Source: Gemmata obscuriglobus
Lineage (GTDB): Bacteria > Planctomycetota > Planctomycetia > Gemmatales > Gemmataceae
Length of the DNA: 32,000 nucleotides
Assembly (NCBI RefSeq): GCF_008065095.1
Contig: NZ_CP042911.1
Span: forward strand, 2,370,001-2,402,000
Direction of reading: 5' to 3'
Both the position numbers and the translations under genes were made by a program. How positions within the stretch are numbered: the first letter of the stretch is position 1; each line of letters opens with the position of its first letter. Of the stretch, positions 1 to 8,286 are shown piece by piece. The notes beneath the pieces were generated by a model. That model was not told where the DNA came from and searched no databases. It saw nothing but the letters and a program-made list of their open reading frames with translations.

Positions 1-1357
1 TGCGGCCGAGGTGCTAAGCTCCTCGTGGCTGGCGTGCGTGTCTGTGATGATACTGGTTCCCCCGCTGGCGTACGGGCTCGGTGGGCGCGAAGTGTTCCGG
101 CGAGTGCTTCCTGCGTGGGGGCTGCTTTGGCTGCTCGTGCCGCCGCCGATGGATTTCGATCGGCTTCTGATTCTCCAACTCCAGGGCCTCACGACCGTGT
201 GGAGCGGCGCGGTTCTGGATGCGCTGGAGGTGTTTCACCTTGCTGCCGGGAACGTGATCGAGATCGACGGTCGGTCTTTGCTCGTCGAGCAGGCGTGCAG
301 CGGCATTAACTCGTTGTTCTCGCTATTGGCTTGCACGCTGTTCCTCGTTTTGCTGACCCGTCGCGGGTGGGGGCGCGGAACGCTTTTGATGTTGGCGGCG
401 GTTGGGTGGGTGCTGGTAGCCAACGTGACCCGTGTGGTGCTGGTTGCCATGCTTGAGACCCGTTGGGGGGTGACCGCTGCGACCGGTTGGCGACACGAGG
501 CGATTGGGGTGAGCCTGTTTACGGTAGCCGTTGGGCTGTTGCTGAGCACCGATCGGCTGCTTGAGTTTCTGACCCGTCCGAGCGCACGTGCCGCCGAATC
601 GCCGCGCCCGGTGCCGGCTGCTGCTACTGTGCAAATGCCGGTGCCCCCAAAACAAGCCGTGCGGGTCGCTGCGGTCGTCGTGCCTTCGTTCCTCGTGATT
701 GCCGGCCTGCACTGGGCGGCACGGGGTAACGAATCGATTGCACCCGTGACCGTGCCGTCGGAACTAGCGTCGAGCCCCGAACTGCTCCCCGCGAAAGTGG
801 GCGAGTGGGAGCGGCGCGACTTCGGCACCGAGACTCGCGAGGCGCACAACTTCTTTGGCGAGCACTCTCAGAACTGGCTCTATTCTCGTCCAGAAATGGC
901 TGTCAAATCCTCTCTGGCGTATCCGTTTCCCGGGTGGCACGATTTGACGTGGTGTTACCGCAGTACCGGCTGGCAGATCGACAGCCAGGAAGTGCGGACC
1001 CCGGCTAATGTGCCAGGCGGGTTTGTGCAGGTGCGGCTGTCTAAGCCGGGGTTTCGGCATGGGTTCTTGGTATTTTGTGAGTTTGATCGCTCGGGGCGTC
1101 CGTTTCTTGCTCGCCCGGGTGGCGCGCGTGAGCCGCTGTTTCGGCACGAAGCATCGTTCGACCGAATTCAAAGGCGGCTCGAAGGGCGACCGCTGCCTCC
1201 CCCTGAGCCCACGGGAGCGGCTTACCAATTTCAAGTGTTTGTGGAAGGGGCAAGCCCTCTCGCGGCTGAAGGTGAAGAGGATGTGCGGCAATTGTTCGTC
1301 GCGCTTCAGTCGCACCTGCGAGAGAGATGGGCGGCAGAGGGTGGTGCAAAACAATAA
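1..1357 (+). CDS. Exosortase fused to a C-terminal EpsI-family (exosortase-associated) domain; 5'-partial, ORF open to the window edge
   Basis: Frame is open from nt 2. The membrane half carries the exosortase signature LLVEQACSGINSLFSLLA (catalytic Cys) plus downstream NVTRVV (Arg) and WRHEAIG (His). Only about 2 TM helices precede the Cys, so more N-terminus probably lies upstream. The C-terminal ~210 aa are soluble (LPAKVGEWERRDFGTE..., WHDLTWCY) and resemble EpsI-type domains. Family recall only. Confidence 0.8.
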   Translation, partial: AAEVLSSSWLACVSVMILVPPLAYGLGGREVFRRVLPAWGLLWLLVPPPMDFDRLLILQLQGLTTVWSGAVLDALEVFHLAAGNVIEIDGRSLLVEQACSGINSLFSLLACTLFLVLLTRRGWGRGTLLMLAAVGWVLVANVTRVVLVAMLETRWGVTAATGWRHEAIGVSLFTVAVGLLLSTDRLLEFLTRPSARAAESPRPVPAAATVQMPVPPKQAVRVAAVVVPSFLVIAGLHWAARGNESIAPVTVPSELASSPELLPAKVGEWERRDFGTETREAHNFFGEHSQNWLYSRPEMAVKSSLAYPFPGWHDLTWCYRSTGWQIDSQEVRTPANVPGGFVQVRLSKPGFRHGFLVFCEFDRSGRPFLARPGGAREPLFRHEASFDRIQRRLEGRPLPPPEPTGAAYQFQVFVEGASPLAAEGEEDVRQLFVALQSHLRERWAAEGGAKQ

Positions 1358-1820
1358 TCACAGTTGTTAGTGATGTGATGGTCGCGTGTTTTGCGGCCAA
1401 CTGCATTAAGTGGGCTCCCTTGGCGCTCAAGCAATATTGTCGAAGTGAATGCATAGGTAATTGCAAGGTTGTTGAGTGCCGGCGAGAACTTGCGGATATG
1501 ACGCGTTTCTTGTGTTTTTGGGCGATGATCGACAGATGGCTCATGAGGTGTTCGAGGTGAAGGGTTGGCGCTCGCTTCCGGCCGACATGGCTCGTGATGC
1601 TCACCGACCACCTCTGACGCTTCTATGAGGTACGGCCGTTTTGCTGTTAATGCTGTATCGCTTTTCTCTCGGCGTAATGGATTTTGTGGTTGTCGCGGAA
1701 TGAGTTTGGTGCTGTACGCCGTAAAAATACTGAAGTTGCTGGCAGGGCTTTTATGGGTTGGTTCACTGCCAATGCCTCTGCCGGTCATTCGGAGGTGTCC
1801 CTCGGCATGATTGCGCTAAA

Positions 1821-1861
1821 TTGACAAATTTTGTTGATTCCACAGGAAAAATAAATTTTCC
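1821..1861 (+). promoter_or_regulatory. AT-rich putative regulatory patch: TTGACA hexamer (1821-1826) and palindrome GGAAAA-N5-TTTTCC (1845-1861) upstream of the initiating transferase gene
   Basis: Read directly: aaattgacaaattttgttgattccacaggaaaaataaattttccac. I could not pair the TTGACA with a convincing -10 box at 16-18 nt spacing, so function is speculative. Confidence 0.25.
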
Positions 1862-2111
1862 ACATGCAATTTACTCATATATTGAGTAGCCTGAGTCTGG
1901 CTCGGAGGCGGCTCGGGTCGCAATCCTCCCGGACTACCGGAGATGTCGCGGCTGGTGGTTATGTTCGTCGTTCGGGTAATATCCGGATGTCCGCTCCGGA
2001 TCGAGGTTGCGCCGCGAACTGGTCTGCTGCGAGCTTTACCTCTCCGCTGATGTGTACCGGGACGATCGCCCGTCCCGGTTTGCGCCGCCCGACTCGACGT
2101 AGAGGGTGCCT

Positions 2112-3617
2112 ATGAATTCGCCTGTTGGTTTCTTGGCAATGCTCTTTGCCCTAGGGCTTGTATGTTCCGTCGGCTTTACCGGTTTGGCGCGGATTGCGGC
2201 CCGCCGGATCGGTTTGGTGGATAAGCCGGACGGCCGTCGGAAAATGCACGGGCGCGTGGTGCCGGTTGCGGGCGGCATTGCCGTTTTCACGTCCACAGTG
2301 CTTGTCTTGGCTCCGGCCTCGCTGCTTCCGGGTGCAGTGGCCGAAGCGGTTGCTGGCCACCTTAACGCGCTTTTGTGGCTGCTGATCGCATCAGCGCTAA
2401 TCTGTCTGGTTGGTGTTGTCGACGACGCTCGCGGGTTGCGCGGGCGCTACAAGCTATGTGGTCAGATTGTTGCCGTAATGGTGGTTGTGGCGACCGGGCC
2501 GCAGATCACCTCCGTTGCACTGTTCGGTTGGACTGTTGAACTGGGCTATTTGGCGATTCCGCTGACCGCGTTCTGGTTGCTCGGGGCCATCAATTCGCTA
2601 AACCTGCTTGATGGTATGGATGGGCTGCTGGGCACGGTGGCTACCATCATCTGCCTGGCCATTGCGGGTATGGCTGCGATGCACGGGCAGTACGTGGAGG
2701 CGTGCGTCGCGGTGACTCTGGCCGGTTCGCTGGTCGGCTTCTTGCGCTACAACCTTCCCCCCGCAACCATTTTTTTGGGAGATGCGGGCAGCATGTTGAT
2801 CGGCTTGGTGATCGGCGTCCTCGCCATTCGGTGCTCTCTCAAGGGGCCGACCACCGTAGCTCTCGCCGCGCCGGCCGCTCTGTTGGTGCTACCCATTTTT
2901 GATACGCTGGCCGCGGTGGTCCGGCGGAAGCTCACCGGTCGCAGCATTTTTAGCACGGACCGGGGGCACCTCCACCACTGCCTCCTTCGTGGTGGCCTGT
3001 CCCGTCCGCGGGTGCTCCTACTGGTCGCCAGCCTGTGCATCGTTGCAGTTTTCGGGGTGCTCGCCAGTATTGCTTACCACAATGAGGCGCTGGCAGTGGC
3101 GTCGGCCCTGGTTGTTGTTGTGATCTTGGTTGCTACGCGATTGTTTGGGCACGCGGAGTTTATGCTGCTCGTGCAGTCCGCTCGCGCCTTGTCTCGTTCG
3201 GTTTTGGGGGGGGCGCCGCCGTGCGGTAAGCGGTTGGAGGTGCGCCTGCAAGGCACGGCTGAGTGGGGTGAGCTGTGGACCCGGCTTACTGACTGTGCCG
3301 GCCGGCTCAATTTGCGGACCGTCGCTCTCGACGTGAACGCGCCGGCGCATCATGAGGCGTACCACGCCCGCTGGTCTCGTCCAATGGAGACCCGTGGCGA
3401 AGAGCCGGTCTGCTGGTCGGCCGTGCTGCTGCTAACGGCGTGGGGGCAAACGGTTGGGCAGGTGACGGTGAGTGGGTTACCCGACGGCGAACCGGTGTGG
3501 CAGAAGCTTGCCGCACTCGGTCGCGTGACGGACGCGGCTGAAACGGTTCTTGCAGAAGCTGCCCGGCCGCCCGTAACCGTGCCGGCCGCAACTGTGGCTG
3601 AAACCGTTTCTGCGTGA
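2112..3617 (+). CDS. Polyprenyl-phosphate N-acetylhexosamine-1-phosphate transferase, MraY/WecA (GT4 PNPT) family, with ~155-aa C-terminal extension
   Basis: Motifs VGVVDDARGL, INSLNLLDGMDGLLG and IFLGDAGSMLIG in a polytopic membrane protein. ATG 2112 sits 5-6 nt after AGAGGG; the ORF-track start GTG 2106 lies inside that SD-like sequence. Residues from about HAEFML onward (nt 3150-3617) are soluble and unassigned. Confidence 0.85.
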   Translation: MNSPVGFLAMLFALGLVCSVGFTGLARIAARRIGLVDKPDGRRKMHGRVVPVAGGIAVFTSTVLVLAPASLLPGAVAEAVAGHLNALLWLLIASALICLVGVVDDARGLRGRYKLCGQIVAVMVVVATGPQITSVALFGWTVELGYLAIPLTAFWLLGAINSLNLLDGMDGLLGTVATIICLAIAGMAAMHGQYVEACVAVTLAGSLVGFLRYNLPPATIFLGDAGSMLIGLVIGVLAIRCSLKGPTTVALAAPAALLVLPIFDTLAAVVRRKLTGRSIFSTDRGHLHHCLLRGGLSRPRVLLLVASLCIVAVFGVLASIAYHNEALAVASALVVVVILVATRLFGHAEFMLLVQSARALSRSVLGGAPPCGKRLEVRLQGTAEWGELWTRLTDCAGRLNLRTVALDVNAPAHHEAYHARWSRPMETRGEEPVCWSAVLLLTAWGQTVGQVTVSGLPDGEPVWQKLAALGRVTDAAETVLAEAARPPVTVPAATVAETVSA

Positions 3618-3651
3618 GTGTGCCCTTTCCTTCGCACCGCCCGAGCGCGCC

Positions 3652-6015
3652 ATGGACGATTTTTCCCAGCAGCCCGATCTGGCCCCTAATGCTTCTGGTT
3701 CCGCTCGCGGTGGGCGGGACGTGTTTCAGGTGTTTTGGCAGCACCGCGGGTTGCTGTTGTTGGGGCTTGTTGTCGGGTTGGTGCTCGGTGGGCTCGGCTT
3801 TTCTCGCAGGCAGCCTGTGTACCGGTCGTACGCGCAGGTTCTCGTCGTTAAGAAGCAATCAATCGGCACACTCATTGGTGACAGAACGGACCCCAACACT
3901 CGCCTCGTTGATGATTACATCGGGTCACACTTGCTCGTGCTTCGCAGCCCGCTGCTGATCGAAGAGGCTGTACGGAAGCGTGACCTGGGCTCGCTCCGGT
4001 CGTTGCAGGGCGGTCATCCGGCCACTATCATTCAGGCCGGTTTGCGTGCTGAGCGCGAGGTGAGTAAGGACGCCCCCGTCGGGGCGAGCAGTAACATTAT
4101 CAACCTGTCGTACAGCGGCGGGGATCCGGGTGATTGTGAGATTATTATAAATGCGGTAATTGAGAGCTATAAGGATTTCCTCGATCGTACATATAGGACG
4201 ACGGCCGAGGGTACGTTTGAGTTGGTGCAGGAGGAAGCCCGGAAGCTTACCAAACAGCTGAAGGAAAAGGATGACGCGTACGCCAAGTTCCGTCAGGATA
4301 AAAGTCTACTGACGACGGCTGATGGGCTGCCGTTTAACGAGACAAAGATTCAAGAGTATGTGCGGAGGGAGGCCGCTAAACGCGACGACGCGAAAGAGTT
4401 GCGTGACCGTCTTGCGACTGTTCGGAAGGCGATTGACGAGAACAAACCGCTCCCCCTCATTTTGGCTTTGGCGGAGAAAAAGTACGATCGCGACGCCCCG
4501 GTGGCGAAAGCTGAAGCGGCCGGGGCTGCTGCGTTGCAGGCCTCGCTGTTTCCTTTGCAGCAGCAGGAGCTCGATCTGGTCCAGTTTTATGGTAAGGATC
4601 ATCCAGACGTTCAGCGTATTCGTCAAAAGATTGAAGCTACAAAAGTGTTCTACAAGGGGCTCGATGCCATTGTTGCTGAGGTAAAGGGGCCGAACGAGCA
4701 GAGCCCCGCCCAGGCGGCGCTGAACGCGCTCGAGATCGAATTGGTGCTTGCCGAGGGCAATCACCAATATGCGAAGTCGGTGCTCGAGGATGAGGTCAAA
4801 CAGGCGAAGGCGCAAGAAGGGTTGCATGCTGCCGATAAGCAGTACCGCGAAGACATTAAACGCACCACCGTGTGGCTCGACGGAATTTTGAAGCGCCTCC
4901 AAGAGGTCGATACGAGCCGCGGCTCCGGTGGGTTTAGTGCTCAGGCGATCACTCCCCCGGGTGTCGGTTTGAAGGTGTCGCCAGTTTTGTGGCAGTTCAT
5001 CTTTATGGGGGGGGCTTTGGGGCTGGCTTTGGGGGCCGGCGGGGCGTATTTGTTGGACGTGGCCGACAAGAGCTTCCGCACCCCTGAAGAGATCCGCAGG
5101 CGGCTCGGGCTGGCGCTCATTGGGCACATCCCGTTTGCCCATAAGCCTTCGGCTCCTGTGACGGTGGCCGACGCGGCCGGTAACGCGGTCGAGTTGGATT
5201 CGGGCCTTGCCACGGTCCACAGTGCCATGTCGCCAGAGGCCGAGGCGTATCGCGGGGTTCGGACGGCGCTGTTCTTCAGCACCCATGGCGAACGGCATAA
5301 AGTCATTCAGGTGACTAGCCCACACATGGGAGACGGTAAAACAACACTCATCATTAATCTCGCGGTGTCGATTGCGCAAGCGGGCCGCAAGGTGCTGCTT
5401 TTGGACGCAGATCTTCGGCGCCCGCGGGTCCACCGTGCGTTTGGTTTGACCAGCCGGATCGGGTTGGCGGAGGTGCTCACGGGTACCGCCGAACTGGCTG
5501 ATGCGATTCAGATGACCGCGATCCCGAACCTGTCCGTGCTGCCCTGCGGGCGCCGGCCAAGCAATCCGGCGGAGTTGCTCACGACACCGGCGTTTGAGGA
5601 CGTGCTCGACGACCTTCGTGCGGCTTACGACTACGTTCTTGTTGACAGCCCGCCGCTTCTGGCAGTGAGCGACCCGTGCGTCGTCGCCCCGCGAGTCGAC
5701 GGCCTCGTTCTGACCATCCGGGTCACTAAAAACGGACGCCCGGCGGCCGAGCGTGCGCGCGACCTGCTTGTCCGGTTGAAAGTGAACTGCCTCGGTGTTG
5801 TGGTGAACGGTGTCGGCAAACAGGGTGCGATGGCTGGTTATGGGTACGATTATTATCGGCACGCGGACGACTACAGCGCTCCGTACACCACTGCCGATCA
5901 CGACGAGCCAGGTATGGGCGAAGGCCAACCGTTAACTCCTCCTGCGCGGCTGAGCTCGGAACCAGCCGGTCACGTTGAGCCGGTTGCAAACGGGCCGGCG
6001 CACGCCCCGGAATAA
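3652..6015 (+). CDS. Polysaccharide co-polymerase / BY-tyrosine autokinase (Wzc/GumC/EpsG-like, fused form)
   Basis: N-terminal TM, a long K/E-rich coiled-coil periplasmic region, then a second TM (VLWQFIFMGGALGLALGAGGAYLL). Kinase domain has Walker A SPHMGDGKTT, A' LLLDADLRRP and B YVLVDSPP. Tyr cluster GYGYDYYRHADDYSAPY is followed by a ~45-aa acidic/Pro-rich tail. Confidence 0.9.
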   Translation: MDDFSQQPDLAPNASGSARGGRDVFQVFWQHRGLLLLGLVVGLVLGGLGFSRRQPVYRSYAQVLVVKKQSIGTLIGDRTDPNTRLVDDYIGSHLLVLRSPLLIEEAVRKRDLGSLRSLQGGHPATIIQAGLRAEREVSKDAPVGASSNIINLSYSGGDPGDCEIIINAVIESYKDFLDRTYRTTAEGTFELVQEEARKLTKQLKEKDDAYAKFRQDKSLLTTADGLPFNETKIQEYVRREAAKRDDAKELRDRLATVRKAIDENKPLPLILALAEKKYDRDAPVAKAEAAGAAALQASLFPLQQQELDLVQFYGKDHPDVQRIRQKIEATKVFYKGLDAIVAEVKGPNEQSPAQAALNALEIELVLAEGNHQYAKSVLEDEVKQAKAQEGLHAADKQYREDIKRTTVWLDGILKRLQEVDTSRGSGGFSAQAITPPGVGLKVSPVLWQFIFMGGALGLALGAGGAYLLDVADKSFRTPEEIRRRLGLALIGHIPFAHKPSAPVTVADAAGNAVELDSGLATVHSAMSPEAEAYRGVRTALFFSTHGERHKVIQVTSPHMGDGKTTLIINLAVSIAQAGRKVLLLDADLRRPRVHRAFGLTSRIGLAEVLTGTAELADAIQMTAIPNLSVLPCGRRPSNPAELLTTPAFEDVLDDLRAAYDYVLVDSPPLLAVSDPCVVAPRVDGLVLTIRVTKNGRPAAERARDLLVRLKVNCLGVVVNGVGKQGAMAGYGYDYYRHADDYSAPYTTADHDEPGMGEGQPLTPPARLSSEPAGHVEPVANGPAHAPE

Positions 6016-6093
6016 TGCAAGCACCTGTGGTGGCTGAGATCGTCACGTGGTTGTGTCCCGCAAGGGCGACTTTCTGAAGGTGAGGCCCGAGTA

Positions 6094-6876
6094 GTGACTC
6101 CGCTCGCCGACCTGCATCTTCACCTGCTCGCCGCCCTTGATGACGGGCCGCGCACCTGGGAAGACTCATTGGCGATGTGCCGCATCGCGGTCAGCGAAGG
6201 TGTTAGACACACTGTTGCCCTTGCGCACCAAAGCGAACGATGGGGTGTGACACCCGGCCAGATTCGTACCGCTGTTCTGGAACTCCGGCGACTGTTGGTC
6301 GAGCAGGGAATCCCGCTCGAAGTGTTTCCGGGTGCTGAGGTGATGGCCGCTCCGGACCTGCCTGAGGCGTGGGATACTGGCCGATTGCTAAGTATTGGGG
6401 ACCACCGAAAGTACATATTGATTGAAATGCCTCACCGACTGTTCATCGACCTGCGACCAGTCGTGCAACGGTTCGTGGCGCGCGGCGTGCGCGTCATTTT
6501 GGCGCACCCCGAGCAGCACCCCGAGCTGCTCCACGAATCGGGGCGGATCGAAGAGCTGATTGGAATGGGGTGCTTGGTTCAGGTGTCATCTGGTAACATC
6601 ACTGGGCCGAAAACTCCTGCCGATGAGGCGGCACTCAGGGCGTGGTTCCGGCGCGGCTGCGTCCACCTTTTGGGGTCGGATGGGCACTCCCCGCGAAAGC
6701 GCCGCCCGCTCCTGGCTGCTGCGGCAGGCAAGGTGCAGGAATGGGTCGGGCGTGAGGCTGCGCAGGCCATTTGCGGGTGTAATGGTGAAAGGGTATTGCG
6801 TGGTGAGGTTTTGACGCCTGCTCCGCCGTTGGCGGAGCGGCGTTGGTGGTCCTTCCGGACGCTCTTTGGTACCTGA
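6094..6876 (+). CDS. CpsB/YwqE-type PHP-domain protein-tyrosine phosphatase
   Basis: Block-by-block resemblance to CpsB: DLHLHLLAALDDGP, GAEV, YILIEMP, VILAHPEQH, LIGMGCLVQVSSGN, VHLLGSDGHSPRKRRP. GTG start lies ~9 nt after AAGGTGAGG. Confidence 0.85.
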   Translation: MTPLADLHLHLLAALDDGPRTWEDSLAMCRIAVSEGVRHTVALAHQSERWGVTPGQIRTAVLELRRLLVEQGIPLEVFPGAEVMAAPDLPEAWDTGRLLSIGDHRKYILIEMPHRLFIDLRPVVQRFVARGVRVILAHPEQHPELLHESGRIEELIGMGCLVQVSSGNITGPKTPADEAALRAWFRRGCVHLLGSDGHSPRKRRPLLAAAAGKVQEWVGREAAQAICGCNGERVLRGEVLTPAPPLAERRWWSFRTLFGT

Positions 6877-6915
6877 GTTCGCGCGGCGGCTGTTGCTCGA
6901 ACCGCCGGGCGTAGC

Positions 6916-8241
6916 TTACGGGAGGGTTGCTGTGCCGACGGTGTTGAAGAATCGGCTCCGGATCGCTTGGTAGGCCGAGTTGAACCGGAAGTTCGAGGTC
7001 AGGTATTGCGCGCCGGCTTCTCCAACTGTGGATTGGAGCAGCATGATATCGCCGGATCGCAACGCGATCCGTTCTCGCGGGTCTTTCAATGCCCGGTTCA
7101 GATTCACAATGATCGGGATCTGGGCCCCCGACTTCAGGCGACGCAAGATGGTCACTTGGCTCGGTGACGGGAACCCGAGACCGGTTTGCACGATCTGGCC
7201 GGACAGGTTGTTGGTGTTCAACCCGCCGTTGAGTAACGGCCCGCCGACGAGGAGGAGCGCCTCGATCACATCAAGATCGCGGTCTGCAGGTAGCGGAAAC
7301 GTTCGCGGCGGCAGCAACCCGCCGGTGTAGAAAAGCTCACCGGACCGCGCTTTGACAAGCACGATGTCACCGCTCTGGAGCACAAGGTCCTCCGGGCGCA
7401 CGGTCAGAGGCTCGCCGGGACGCAATCGCAGGGGGACGCGAAGTGACTGCGCCTTTTCAGTGGCCGCGGCCGGGATTTCGGGCACCTGCCCGTTTGCACC
7501 CGGTTGGTACGCTCCGCGGAGAATGAGAACCTCGTCCTGTGCCTCGGCACCTGGTAGCCCGCCCGAGCGAGTGAGGGCGTTCAAGAGGTTGTTTTCGTAT
7601 ATGGGCAGATCGAGTGGGTAGCCAGCGGCACGCCGGGTTTGGGAGAACGTGGCGCCGGTGTTGCCGAATCCGCCCGCTCCGCCGGACGAACCGAAGGTGG
7701 TGCCGCCCGCATCCTCCCGGAGGACGAGGACGTGGTACTGTCGCGGCCGGAGCAAAGTGACGATGATTCTCGCTTTGTCCGGATCCGCGAGTAGCTCTTT
7801 GGGTTTGAGATAGGCGTCTCGCACTCGATCTTGTGCCTGTGCTAGCGTTAGCCCTTCGAGTTTGAGGGGCGCGATGAGGGGCAACGGGACTGTCCCGTCC
7901 TCGCGAACCGGAATGGGGAAGCCGATGCCCGGCGGCGCGCTCCCTTGCTCGGGGATACGGACCGGTGGTTGACCGCCGCGCTCGCCGAGGATGCCCTCAA
8001 TGAACACGCCGAGGGTGTCTCCGGGGCCGATCAGGTGCACGGGTGGAACGGGCGGTATTAGTGCTGCTAACGGCACCGAGTGGAGGTCCGCCTTGCTCTC
8101 GCCGAGTGCCTCTGGCGGGAGCCGCCTGACGGGTATGCCGTCGGCCACCGGATTGGTGACCGACGCGCATCCGCTCGTCAGTGCGGCCGCCAGGCCTACC
8201 ACGGTAGCAGCGATTCGGAGCGAGGAACCGGGGCGGTTCAT
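6916..8241 (-). CDS. Wza-like polysaccharide export lipoprotein (Poly_export + SLBB domains)
   Basis: Lipobox LAAALTSGC at the N-terminus, GPGDTLGVFIEG export motif, and repeated SLBB-like GDIVLV / GDIMLL segments. Convergent with the phosphatase gene (39-nt gap). Confidence 0.85.
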   Translation of the reverse strand: MNRPGSSLRIAATVVGLAAALTSGCASVTNPVADGIPVRRLPPEALGESKADLHSVPLAALIPPVPPVHLIGPGDTLGVFIEGILGERGGQPPVRIPEQGSAPPGIGFPIPVREDGTVPLPLIAPLKLEGLTLAQAQDRVRDAYLKPKELLADPDKARIIVTLLRPRQYHVLVLREDAGGTTFGSSGGAGGFGNTGATFSQTRRAAGYPLDLPIYENNLLNALTRSGGLPGAEAQDEVLILRGAYQPGANGQVPEIPAAATEKAQSLRVPLRLRPGEPLTVRPEDLVLQSGDIVLVKARSGELFYTGGLLPPRTFPLPADRDLDVIEALLLVGGPLLNGGLNTNNLSGQIVQTGLGFPSPSQVTILRRLKSGAQIPIIVNLNRALKDPRERIALRSGDIMLLQSTVGEAGAQYLTSNFRFNSAYQAIRSRFFNTVGTATLP

Positions 8242-8286
8242 TGGTCGCTATCCTTTAGGTGTTCGGCGGTGCCACCAAGCCAGAAA

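Noticed and set aside
1327-1810. Small Cys-rich ORFs (1327-1560, 1625-1810) and minus-strand ORFs (1041-1604, 1306-1788) after the exosortase gene, considered as possible PEP-CTERM substrates or small proteins.
   Set aside because: No signal peptide, no PEP motif with TM and basic tail, atypical composition, and overlap with the exosortase 3' end. Treated as non-coding spacer.
3206-3213. G8-G9 homopolymer tracts inside glycan genes (3206-3213 WecA-like, 5007-5014 Wzc, 20104-20111 Wzy-like, 31497-31505 last GT) as possible slipped-strand phase-variation sites.
   Set aside because: With about one third G, a simple composition model predicts roughly 3 runs of 8 or more G per strand in 32 kb, so four is not an enrichment. 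All encode Gly-Gly(-Gly) in frame. Only population or long-read data showing length heterogeneity would revive this.
4306-5928. Long minus-strand ORF (540 aa) antisense to the Wzc gene. Similar long antisense or out-of-frame ORFs occur at 235-849, 764-1354, 3307-3858, 11566-12207, 12759-13721, 15230-15733, 17374-17985, 26239-27612, 27443-28216, 28161-28751, 28514-29359 and 31041-31898.
   Set aside because: Their translations are Arg/Pro/Ser/Gly-rich low-complexity strings with no motifs. Each fully overlaps a + strand ORF that carries clear family signatures. Long spurious antisense ORFs are expected at this GC content.
6884-6907. cggcgg ... ccgccg inverted repeat between the convergent phosphatase and Wza genes, considered as a bidirectional terminator.
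   Set aside because: Only a 6-bp stem with a 12-nt loop and no T-tract. Too weak to call in GC-rich DNA.
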